Assembly: GCA_049322915.1 (NCBI GenBank)
Contig: JBMOPW010000036.1
Location: 120,431-184,430, forward strand
From: Candidatus Zhuqueibacterota bacterium
Lineage (GTDB): Bacteria > Zhuqueibacterota > Zhuqueibacteria > Thermofontimicrobiales > Thermofontimicrobiaceae
Direction: 5' to 3'
DNA: 64,000 bases
Each line of letters opens with the position of its first letter. The first letter of the stretch is position 1. Shown here one piece after another: positions 21,152-29,573 of this stretch. Both the position numbers and the translations under genes were made by a program. The notes under the pieces were generated by a model. That model did no database searches. It was given only the letters and a program-made list of their open reading frames with translations, and had not been told where the DNA came from.

Positions 21152-21895
21152 TTATGCCACTGATGCGATTTTGATTTCCTGGTTGATTGAAGTCGAAGCC
21201 GTTTCATCATAGTTATTTGGGAAATAGGTGGCTTGATCACAACGATCGAAATCGGATACAACTCTCATTCGGTTGTTCGGTTTAGTAACGTTGGAATTGG
21301 ATATCCTTTTGTCAAGTTGAATATTCCCAGTTGCAATGTTTTGCAATTGTTTTTGGAGACTGGCATTGTCGGAATCAGACTGGTCCTGAATAATAAATAT
21401 GCTGGTGATGAGCATGTCTTCCAGACTTTCAATAATTTCAGTGAAAACGTCTACGAACAGATCTTTATCATTGAAATCCATGTACGGGGTCAGTTCATCA
21501 AAAATGATATTGGAAGGATTGAATTCATTCACAGCGTTCAAAAGATCATAAAGGAACTCTGACAAGAGCGAATCGCGATCCTGGCCATTTTCTTCCATCC
21601 GCAACGGGGCTGTGCGCAGGATGATCAATTTATTTTCATCGATCAACGGTTGAATTTCCATTCCTTGCGCATGCGCTGCCACAATAAGTTTTCTCGGGCG
21701 TATTTCCGTAAAATACAAAGTTACCTCACCTTGCAAGGCAGCGTTGTAGGCATATTGTAATGCCAAAGTCGTTCTACCTGATTTTGAAGGACCGTTTACG
21801 ATATAGGTGCTACCATTATAAAAACCACCCCATTTGTTATCGATCAAGTCAATCCCTGTTGTCTTCAATGTCACTGTCTTGTTCATCATATTCAC
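21152..21895 (-). CDS. KaiC/RAD55-like RecA-superfamily ATPase domain protein
   Basis: TTGIDLID..WGG, variant Walker A GPSKSGRT, Walker B IIFDE. Confidence 0.8.
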   Translation of the reverse strand: MNMMNKTVTLKTTGIDLIDNKWGGFYNGSTYIVNGPSKSGRTTLALQYAYNAALQGEVTLYFTEIRPRKLIVAAHAQGMEIQPLIDENKLIILRTAPLRMEENGQDRDSLLSEFLYDLLNAVNEFNPSNIIFDELTPYMDFNDKDLFVDVFTEIIESLEDMLITSIFIIQDQSDSDNASLQKQLQNIATGNIQLDKRISNSNVTKPNNRMRVVSDFDRCDQATYFPNNYDETASTSINQEIKIASVA

Positions 21896-22354
21896 TCTGC
21901 CCTTTATGTAAGATTTATTATTATTGTTTTGCTACTTCAAAGACATAAATCATGCCAAATTTTATTTCCATCATTATCCACTTGGAATATTATGATTTAC
22001 AAGCTCGACTGAATAATTGCTATACCAAGAATTTCCATTTCTAAATTTCTATTTGAGAAAAATTTCTCATTTTGAGAATGGACACGGATTTTTGGTAAGA
22101 ACTCATTTCCGATTCAGTCAAGATATTTTTCTGCAGCATTGATTTGTCAAGGATCGGTTGAACAATGATACCAGAATAGACCTTAACCACATTGACTGGA
22201 AACAACTCAATATCGGTTTTCCAGAAAGCTACATAACGCTGAAAGTTCTTCATGCTCAGGGAGCACGTGCAGAGAAAATATCGCTGCCGAATCAATAAAA
22301 TTGACATCCCCAAGCTTTTTCTCCACAAATGCCTCCCACGTTGCGATGGGAGAA

Positions 22355-23845
22355 TCAGTCAACCCGTGAAATTAGTTTTACATTTTTTAGATTTGCTCCG
22401 ATCAGGTATTTCATGTTGTAGAACTTACCCCACGGTATTTCGTGTCTCGGTGACATCTGGTCAGCTACTACAATGACTTCTCGCCCTGCCTCTTTCTTGT
22501 ATTCGCGGAAGATGCAAGAGTGTCCAGTTACCGGCGGTAATTTTTCCTTTGTGTCCCCGTCTCTCACAACCTTATACGCCCTCTTGTCGACCCACAATTG
22601 CAGAAAAGCACCAGCCTTTAGGCCGGCAGGCCAAGCCTGCTCGTCTTCTTGTGAAATTATAAATTCATCTTCGTGTACAAGTCGGGCATAGCGAAGTGCG
22701 CCTGCTGCTCCGGCTCCTCTGCAAACCCCACCGAGGATGTTTTTATAGCCTTTCCAGGAGGGTGAATTATATCGGCTTACCCAAAAGTGTATGAAGGGCC
22801 ATCTATGTACAACAACGTAGTGGCCATCACTTCCTTCCCAGGCCATACGAGGTATCTCGTACCGAATTGATTTTTTTTCTTTACCTAACATTAAATTCGT
22901 AGTGAGAGCCGATGCCCCGAGTATTCGTGTGCAGACTTTGGAGAAAATGTAAAGGCTAGTTCCGACACATCGAAGAGGTGCAAAAAGAGCATGGTAGGCG
23001 CTCTTCCCTTCTTTCATGTAATATTGCTTTTCTAATACATTTGTCAGATATGATTCAACGCGGTTTTGCAGAAGAATTTCTTCACCGGCTGCTAAGTAGC
23101 GGACTCTTTGGATGAGTTCCTCCAATGTGCCCGGGTTTGTTCCATACTCATACAGGAACTCTAAAACCGAAGCATCATCCACAGTTGCGGATTCAGCAGG
23201 GTGAAAAAATGCTTGCTGCTCTTCACTGGAGAGAAAAGAGGAATCCGGCTCTTCACTCGTAATTTGAGGATCGTCCTCTTGCAAGGCAGATGGCGCCTCC
23301 GACTCGGTCTGACCGACGCGATATCGCCCTGGCCTGTTCTCGATGTTTTGCGACATTTCCTTGCCAGCGACCAATCCGTACTGATTAGCTTTTTCTATTT
23401 CATCAAAGTCAATCAGCGGCGCTTCCGCAGCCTCATTTGTTTCCAGTTCAAACTCGATCAGGTTCTCTTCTTTCCCTTGGTTTATCAGCGCGTGCTGTGC
23501 ACCTTGAGATGGCTCTTCTCGCTCGCCAACTCCGACTTGAGAGGGTTCAGCAGTGCTATCCGGGTCGTAAATAGGATTTGCCTCACGAAGCGAACCAGGC
23601 TGTACTCCGTCTCTCAGACCATCAGATTCAATCGATTGTGTCTCTGCAGCACGCCATAGACGATCTTCAAACCCATGGAGAAATGGATGATCGGCAATCA
23701 GATTCGCCAAACGCCCTTCCCACTCGGCCTCAGCCTCCTTGTTGAACAATTCTTCATCAAGGAAAGGAGATTCTAGGTCTCCCATCATATAGGCACGCAG
23801 TGTTTTATCTTTCTCATCTTGCATGTTCATCACCGATCCTTTCAT
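22355..23845 (-). CDS. Hypothetical protein: acidic leader plus C-terminal Cys/His (NlpC/P60- or CHAP-like) domain
   Basis: 496-aa ORF; N-terminal half very E/D-rich; C-terminal RCVGT...GHSCIF...VADQ. Confidence 0.7.
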   Translation of the reverse strand: MKGSVMNMQDEKDKTLRAYMMGDLESPFLDEELFNKEAEAEWEGRLANLIADHPFLHGFEDRLWRAAETQSIESDGLRDGVQPGSLREANPIYDPDSTAEPSQVGVGEREEPSQGAQHALINQGKEENLIEFELETNEAAEAPLIDFDEIEKANQYGLVAGKEMSQNIENRPGRYRVGQTESEAPSALQEDDPQITSEEPDSSFLSSEEQQAFFHPAESATVDDASVLEFLYEYGTNPGTLEELIQRVRYLAAGEEILLQNRVESYLTNVLEKQYYMKEGKSAYHALFAPLRCVGTSLYIFSKVCTRILGASALTTNLMLGKEKKSIRYEIPRMAWEGSDGHYVVVHRWPFIHFWVSRYNSPSWKGYKNILGGVCRGAGAAGALRYARLVHEDEFIISQEDEQAWPAGLKAGAFLQLWVDKRAYKVVRDGDTKEKLPPVTGHSCIFREYKKEAGREVIVVADQMSPRHEIPWGKFYNMKYLIGANLKNVKLISRVD

Positions 23846-23849
23846 TCAG

Positions 23850-24953
23850 TTATCTCACTGCTACTTTACCTGCTTTAACGTCATGGCCGGTAATAATGGA
23901 CCAGTGGGTTATGATCATCCGCAGGTCAGCTTCAGGACCTGGACCCGAAAAGCTAGCCGGGTACGCTGTACCTTTCGTATAGAGTTCAATAACCTTTGCT
24001 GAATTATTATACGTTTTCATTTCAATTTGTATTAGAATTCTGGAGATAGGATCCGCGATATCAAAAAGACTACTGGAGAGACCGTGTGCGGGGAGTCCGA
24101 CGCGTTGAGCTATTTTATAAAGACGCTGTTCTGCACCAGTCGCTTGGGCCCTGAGGTCTTCAATGATTGATGGTTCAGGATCGGTTTCGATAGTCAGATG
24201 GAACCACGACATCATTGAGACGAGTGCAAATTCTTCGCGAGAGAGACTACCATCCTTCCTTCGCGACAATAGCATGTCAGACAGCCTATTAAGCAAAGTA
24301 ATAATTTTTGCATCATCGATTGGCTTGGGTGCAGCACTGGCGGAAATATGTGTCATGCCGATCCATACTTCACGTAGCAATTCCTCAAACGTTATCACGA
24401 ACTCGTTGTTTGCAGCATCAGCTCTGATGTACGGATAAGGCTGACCGTCGTCTTTACCATGGTTCAGATCCATGCCGAACATTCGCTGGTAAGCATTCCT
24501 CCGAGTCGCTCTCATATCTGGGCGTATATGGCTAACAATGGATGTAATAGTTAATGGGAGAGGATCCTTGTAAAAGAGTTCCTCGGTGTTATGCATCCAT
24601 TGTTGGCTTTCCGGGCTAAGGGTTCCGAGTTTCTCTCCGTGTAAGAATTCAATAAGAACGCGATTAAAGATTTCATATATCCTTGTATTCTCGATCATGT
24701 AAGCGTAAATCAGGTGATCCCACATAGCTGGAACTGTCAATCCTCTGCCAAAGGCATTCAAATTCCTATTGAGCATTGATGAAGAAGCAATTTTACTTCT
24801 ATTAACTGGGGTACCAATTATCGTTCCCGTAACAGTTTTGTTGCGCCAGGTTAATTCTAGCAGTTTGAGTAGTTCAAAAGGGTGTGCCTGGAAAAGAGTT
24901 CTAGCTCCATTTGGTAAGCTTGCTCCATTTTGTTTGACAAATTCTCTAAACAT
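23850..24953 (-). CDS. Hypothetical protein (WDHLIYAYMIENTR motif)
   Basis: 367-aa ORF with a strong AAGGAGG ribosome-binding site; 4 bp from the next gene. Confidence 0.8.
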   Translation of the reverse strand: MFREFVKQNGASLPNGARTLFQAHPFELLKLLELTWRNKTVTGTIIGTPVNRSKIASSSMLNRNLNAFGRGLTVPAMWDHLIYAYMIENTRIYEIFNRVLIEFLHGEKLGTLSPESQQWMHNTEELFYKDPLPLTITSIVSHIRPDMRATRRNAYQRMFGMDLNHGKDDGQPYPYIRADAANNEFVITFEELLREVWIGMTHISASAAPKPIDDAKIITLLNRLSDMLLSRRKDGSLSREEFALVSMMSWFHLTIETDPEPSIIEDLRAQATGAEQRLYKIAQRVGLPAHGLSSSLFDIADPISRILIQIEMKTYNNSAKVIELYTKGTAYPASFSGPGPEADLRMIITHWSIITGHDVKAGKVAVR

Positions 24954-25325
24954 AGTTGTTCCTCCTTACAAAATCTTTGTTCCTAAGTAAAGGCAATTAA
25001 TCAGATAATTAGCTTGTCTCTAGTTTATCGCTGAAGTCTTTACGCTCATTAATGGCATTCTTTACGTCATTTTTAAGCCGGGGAATTGCTGCTTTGGCTC
25101 TATTATGAAACGATTTGAATAACGTTATCACTTCATTGTCCTGCTCACAGGTGAAGAAATGATTGCATTAATTTATATGGAAATTGACTTGAACATTTTT
25201 TCAATCTCATCGATCTGTTGCTTTAAGCCCTTTCTGTACTGCAGTTGTTCATAAGTATACATCTCTTTCTTTGGCTTTGAATTATTCTCATAGGGGTTAT
25301 AGCGTTTTTAATATTCCTTGGCTGC

Positions 25326-26588
25326 TTAAGCAACCTGCAAAGCGCCGCCAAGTTTTAACATCCATTCTTCTGGTTGCCCCAATGTGCCTGTCTTTCTTTC
25401 TGGCTTTGTCGCCATGTGAAGACCGGTGAGCGCCAGCAACCGTATCGCCTCAGTCCAAATCCAATGCATTGAGGTGTACAGCGCCACCCCGAGTTGCTGT
25501 TCGAGTGCCAGCAAGACATCGGGTTTGACGCGCCCGGGATTAATGAGGGTTGCCAGCGAACGCCCGCCGAAAGCCCGCATGGGTTCAATCAACGTTATCT
25601 CTACAATACGTGGGAGCAAGGGCAGGGAAGCGCGGACAAGTGTTTTGGTTGCGCTTAGCGCCTTTTCGAGTGAATACACATCCGCCCAGGCCCGGGCTAA
25701 ATTATCCCAGGGACCTGCTTCATAAAACTGCCGGCACATCTCTACCCCAAGCAACAACCTTAAAAATCCAATAGGATGGGGATCGCCTGGTATATTCCGA
25801 AAGACCAGCGCTTCTTCACCCGCCAGAACGTCGTGCAATGCTGCGATACTGGCGTAGCCTGTATGTACAAAGGCGAAAGCGTCGGCGGCGATTTCAGAGG
25901 CCCAGCTTGACCACGCCTCAACTATTTCACTCGGCAGATCAGGCAGGTTCGCTATCAGTTTAGCGGCAAGTTCTTCGTTCCAGCTTAAAATGTGGGCAAT
26001 CTGATGGCCGGCTTCATGAATCAATGCAGTAGGGCGCAGCAGGTTATGCCGTGTAATTTTGACAACCGCAACAGGATTCACGCTGGTACCGTCCCAAAGC
26101 CGCAAGCCAGCTTTGAGAATAGAAGCACCCAATCCCTTATCGATATATGTCAATACGACCGGCGTTGGTTTGCCAAGCAAATCAAGAAGTTGAGTCATAC
26201 TTCGATGTGCCAGGGTATCACAAGCTCTTAAATAACCTGCAATCTTGTGGTTAGTCCGTGTGTTGATCGCGTCAGCGTAAAAGTCCAGCGTGGTCTCGAC
26301 GCGCATATAGCGAGTACGGAAGGCGATCAACTGCCGTCGCACGGCTGATAGTTGGGTGGCGGTGAAAGCTGCGGCGAGCGCGGCTTGTAATAATGTAGCC
26401 TCACGGTCTAACTGAACGATCACTGCCGAAAGGTGCTGCCGGATGGACAATCCAAGGTAGCGCTCGATGCCGTTCCACGCAGCAGACGAGGCCAGGTCAT
26501 CCATGTTCTGAAGCCGCGCGACAGCATCGACCCAATGGGCGACCTGGCAGGCGAGTTGCATTTTCATTTCAAGGTACAAGTCATTCAT
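25326..26588 (-). CDS. HEXXH zinc metallopeptidase-like protein
   Basis: LIHEAGHQIAH followed by SEIAADAFA (third ligand) and DPHP; ATG at 26588 overlaps the upstream stop codon. Confidence 0.75.
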   Translation of the reverse strand: MNDLYLEMKMQLACQVAHWVDAVARLQNMDDLASSAAWNGIERYLGLSIRQHLSAVIVQLDREATLLQAALAAAFTATQLSAVRRQLIAFRTRYMRVETTLDFYADAINTRTNHKIAGYLRACDTLAHRSMTQLLDLLGKPTPVVLTYIDKGLGASILKAGLRLWDGTSVNPVAVVKITRHNLLRPTALIHEAGHQIAHILSWNEELAAKLIANLPDLPSEIVEAWSSWASEIAADAFAFVHTGYASIAALHDVLAGEEALVFRNIPGDPHPIGFLRLLLGVEMCRQFYEAGPWDNLARAWADVYSLEKALSATKTLVRASLPLLPRIVEITLIEPMRAFGGRSLATLINPGRVKPDVLLALEQQLGVALYTSMHWIWTEAIRLLALTGLHMATKPERKTGTLGQPEEWMLKLGGALQVA

Positions 26589-28956
26589 GGATATATCCCG
26601 CATTGATTTTTATTTTTATCGTGGGTACGCCATCCGACACCTTCAGACTTGGAAGGGAAAGTCCCTTTCCTTTTAGCGCCTGGCGCAGTTGAGCGAACCC
26701 CGGGATATTGCCAAGGGTGATCACAACCGTTACCCCGTCAGCAGTATCCTCGGTTGCCTTGATAAACTCCTCAGCGCCTCGCTTCAGATGGTCGGCAAGT
26801 CCTTTAACAACCCATTCCTGTAGCCGGCTAAGGAGAACTTGTGGTACAAGAGATGGTAATCGTTGAAGCGCACCTGACCGCTGGTCTGGCGTCACGGACT
26901 CATGAATGACTTTTAAACGTCCATAGGAGCCTTTAATAGCTTTATGCAGTCCCCGCTCGATATATCTTCGTAAGCGCGCTGTGACTGTGCCGATGTGGGC
27001 ATGCTGACGAAGTTTAACTGCGACCTCTTGAGAACGAATTTCACTGAGAAACAAGTAAACTCTGACTTCGTTCTTAGGGAAGTCAAGGATCAGCCTCACC
27101 TTTGTAGCTCGCCTCATATTGACTCGACCGGCTGGCCCTGGAATTGTGAGGGGACGCTTTCCCGGAATCTCCAGATAGTAAAAGCGCTGCCCTTCTGCTA
27201 TGACATTTCGGTCGCTTTCAAGGTGTGGATCGATTTCGCGACCCAGGTCTGGTTCTCCCAATAACAGCGTGGCAGCTTGGCGGGTCAGGGGATGGAGTTG
27301 GTCGCGCCCATTCGCTGAGCCAAACCCCGGAGTATTTTCCTCTTGTTGAGCGATGTCCGATAGCCGTGTCCCGGAGATCGCCTCGTAAAGATGGACGATG
27401 GCTTTGACCTCCTCGCCTGGAGTTATTCCAAGTTGCTCCTCTAATAGCTCATCAAGAGTAACGCCTTCAAAGGTTTCGAGGTCTGCCACTTTGTACGGAG
27501 TGAGTTGAGTGGGAATTTTTCGACTATATTTCTTGTACCGCTTTCGACGGTTGCGTGGCATCATGACCCAAACGCCCTGGAGCTTTTTAGTCTCTCTGAG
27601 TTCAGGACGCTTTCGATAGGTATCTTCCGGAAGAACGGGCGGAAGATTAGCAGAAGCAGCCTGTTCAAATGTTTCAAGCGCAGTGCCCTCGAGAAATTCC
27701 TGGTTATCAAGGATATAATTCGGAGCGGCGGCTACACCTCGCACAGTTTCCTCGATGGTGGCGGCAATTGCCTCAGCGGCTGCTCGGGAATTATCTACGG
27801 GCGTCGCTTCCAACTGGATGAGTCGCAAGCCAGCATCTACAATTGCTTGAGAGAGAGCAGGCGCATACTTTGGGCCAACGAACTTCTGAATCAGCCTGCC
27901 CATGAGCTTTGCCAGGAAACCTACAACTTTTTTCCGACCCATGAGTCTTATCCCCATTTGCAAGGCAGGAAGAACGGCCGGCAAAAAATTTTCAACGTAG
28001 GGAGTCGGGTCTTCCCCCTCCTTCAGACCTCTCAGGTTCTCTATAAACAGGTCTCTAGCACGGTCCAACTCGGCTAAAGGATAAGTATCAGAAGTCTCTT
28101 GATCAGTGAGTGCTTTAGCGACTTCCAAATCCTGCTCCACCTCGGTGTGGGAGAACAGGATGTTTGCGACCTGTTGATCAAACTCCTGTTGAATCTCAGC
28201 CACCTCGTAGGTCGGAATAGCCCCTGATACGGATTCATAGATATCCTCAACTTCTTTCAATAAAGGAAGGCGTTCTGCCAGCTTTTTTGCGATGGGCTGA
28301 ACTGAAGCCGGTAGCTTGCGAATGGCGAACCTGATGACGCGCATGAGCAGTGGTTTGATTAGCTGCTTGAGCTTAGGAAGAATGAGCGAAATGCCTCCCG
28401 TAGCCATAGCTGTTATGCCCTTTTTTGCAAGCGAAACGGCTTTCTTTGCCACCTTCTTGATGCCTTTTTTGAGATTCCCTAAAAATTCCTCGAAGCTGGG
28501 TGACAGTTCAACTGAAGGTCGATACCGGTCAACAATGGTATCGATTTCGTCTTCGGTGAGGGTACTTGGATCATGCTGACGAAACTCCCTGGCGAAAGCC
28601 TCAAACATGGCCTCGGCCTCGGCAACGAGAGGGGCGAAATGTTGATCGAGGAGTCGTTCAGTATAACCGATCATCTGGATATTTTCTTGCTCGTGCATGA
28701 AGTATGTCTCGTAGATGGCCGCGGCTTCATTCACCAGGCCGGACAGAGCCTCATCGAATTCTTCATCATAAAGCTCATTCAAAAATACGACGTACTCTTC
28801 AGCCACAGGATCGACCAAGCCACCGCCTTCTTCCGACTCATAGAGCGACAAGAAGGGGCTATTCGGGGGAACAAAAAGCTCTCGTTCACCAATCTTTCCA
28901 TTTCCTTCCTCCATTGTAAAACTGCTAATATCCAAAAAAGGTGCTTGATTCTTCAT
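26581..28956 (-). CDS. Large hypothetical protein with acidic segments and cationic amphipathic helices
   Basis: 791-aa ORF with AAGGAG ribosome-binding site; no signal peptide. Confidence 0.8.
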   Translation of the reverse strand: MKNQAPFLDISSFTMEEGNGKIGERELFVPPNSPFLSLYESEEGGGLVDPVAEEYVVFLNELYDEEFDEALSGLVNEAAAIYETYFMHEQENIQMIGYTERLLDQHFAPLVAEAEAMFEAFAREFRQHDPSTLTEDEIDTIVDRYRPSVELSPSFEEFLGNLKKGIKKVAKKAVSLAKKGITAMATGGISLILPKLKQLIKPLLMRVIRFAIRKLPASVQPIAKKLAERLPLLKEVEDIYESVSGAIPTYEVAEIQQEFDQQVANILFSHTEVEQDLEVAKALTDQETSDTYPLAELDRARDLFIENLRGLKEGEDPTPYVENFLPAVLPALQMGIRLMGRKKVVGFLAKLMGRLIQKFVGPKYAPALSQAIVDAGLRLIQLEATPVDNSRAAAEAIAATIEETVRGVAAAPNYILDNQEFLEGTALETFEQAASANLPPVLPEDTYRKRPELRETKKLQGVWVMMPRNRRKRYKKYSRKIPTQLTPYKVADLETFEGVTLDELLEEQLGITPGEEVKAIVHLYEAISGTRLSDIAQQEENTPGFGSANGRDQLHPLTRQAATLLLGEPDLGREIDPHLESDRNVIAEGQRFYYLEIPGKRPLTIPGPAGRVNMRRATKVRLILDFPKNEVRVYLFLSEIRSQEVAVKLRQHAHIGTVTARLRRYIERGLHKAIKGSYGRLKVIHESVTPDQRSGALQRLPSLVPQVLLSRLQEWVVKGLADHLKRGAEEFIKATEDTADGVTVVITLGNIPGFAQLRQALKGKGLSLPSLKVSDGVPTIKIKINAGYIHE

Positions 28957-29052
28957 GTAATTGTCTCCTTATTTTCCCATGATATAACATTGAGTCATGG
29001 AGCTTGCATATTTATTAGGTTAATGTTTATTCCCTTGATTGTTCCCTCTTTT

Positions 29053-29382
29053 TTATTTTATCCCCGATGAAGGACTATCTGTATTGGATTGAAGTTGACT
29101 TATTCCTTTTAATGAAAATTTAACCTTTAATGGCCATCGCACATATTCACTGGAATTTGGCATATCGATTATTCCATTGTGATTTTTATCCAGACCATAT
29201 CCATCATCGAGGGTGAATTCTAACTGGGGGTTTGATGGAGCAGGAATAGGAATTGGAATCAGTCGTTCATTAACCCGTTGTGGTTGTGCCTGAGTTGGAA
29301 CTGCAAATAATAAAAACGAAAGGAGTAAACATAATATTACATTCTTATTAAAAGAAAATAACTGAGAAATTAGCATATTCAT
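29053..29382 (-). CDS. Signal-peptide protein, probably a truncated remnant
   Basis: Sec signal ending TQA, EF-hand-like DKNHNGIID, abrupt end. Confidence 0.5.
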   Translation of the reverse strand: MNMLISQLFSFNKNVILCLLLSFLLFAVPTQAQPQRVNERLIPIPIPAPSNPQLEFTLDDGYGLDKNHNGIIDMPNSSEYVRWPLKVKFSLKGISQLQSNTDSPSSGIK

Positions 29383-29573
29383 TTTCCTCTCTGTGAGTTG
29401 TTAAAATGATACTATTTGATTATCAAAGTTATAAACGAAAATTTATTGCAATAAAAAGACTTTACGACCTTCTACTGATGAATGATAAATAAACAAAATC
29501 GACAAAACAAGCAGTTTAAATTAAAATCTTACCTGAAATCAGAAATCGTAACATTAATTCTTTAGTATATTAT

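Noticed and set aside
22041..22328. 95-aa ORF as an immunity gene for the amidase-like cargo
   Set aside because: TTG start, no ribosome-binding site or signal peptide, and no recognisable features; not supportable.
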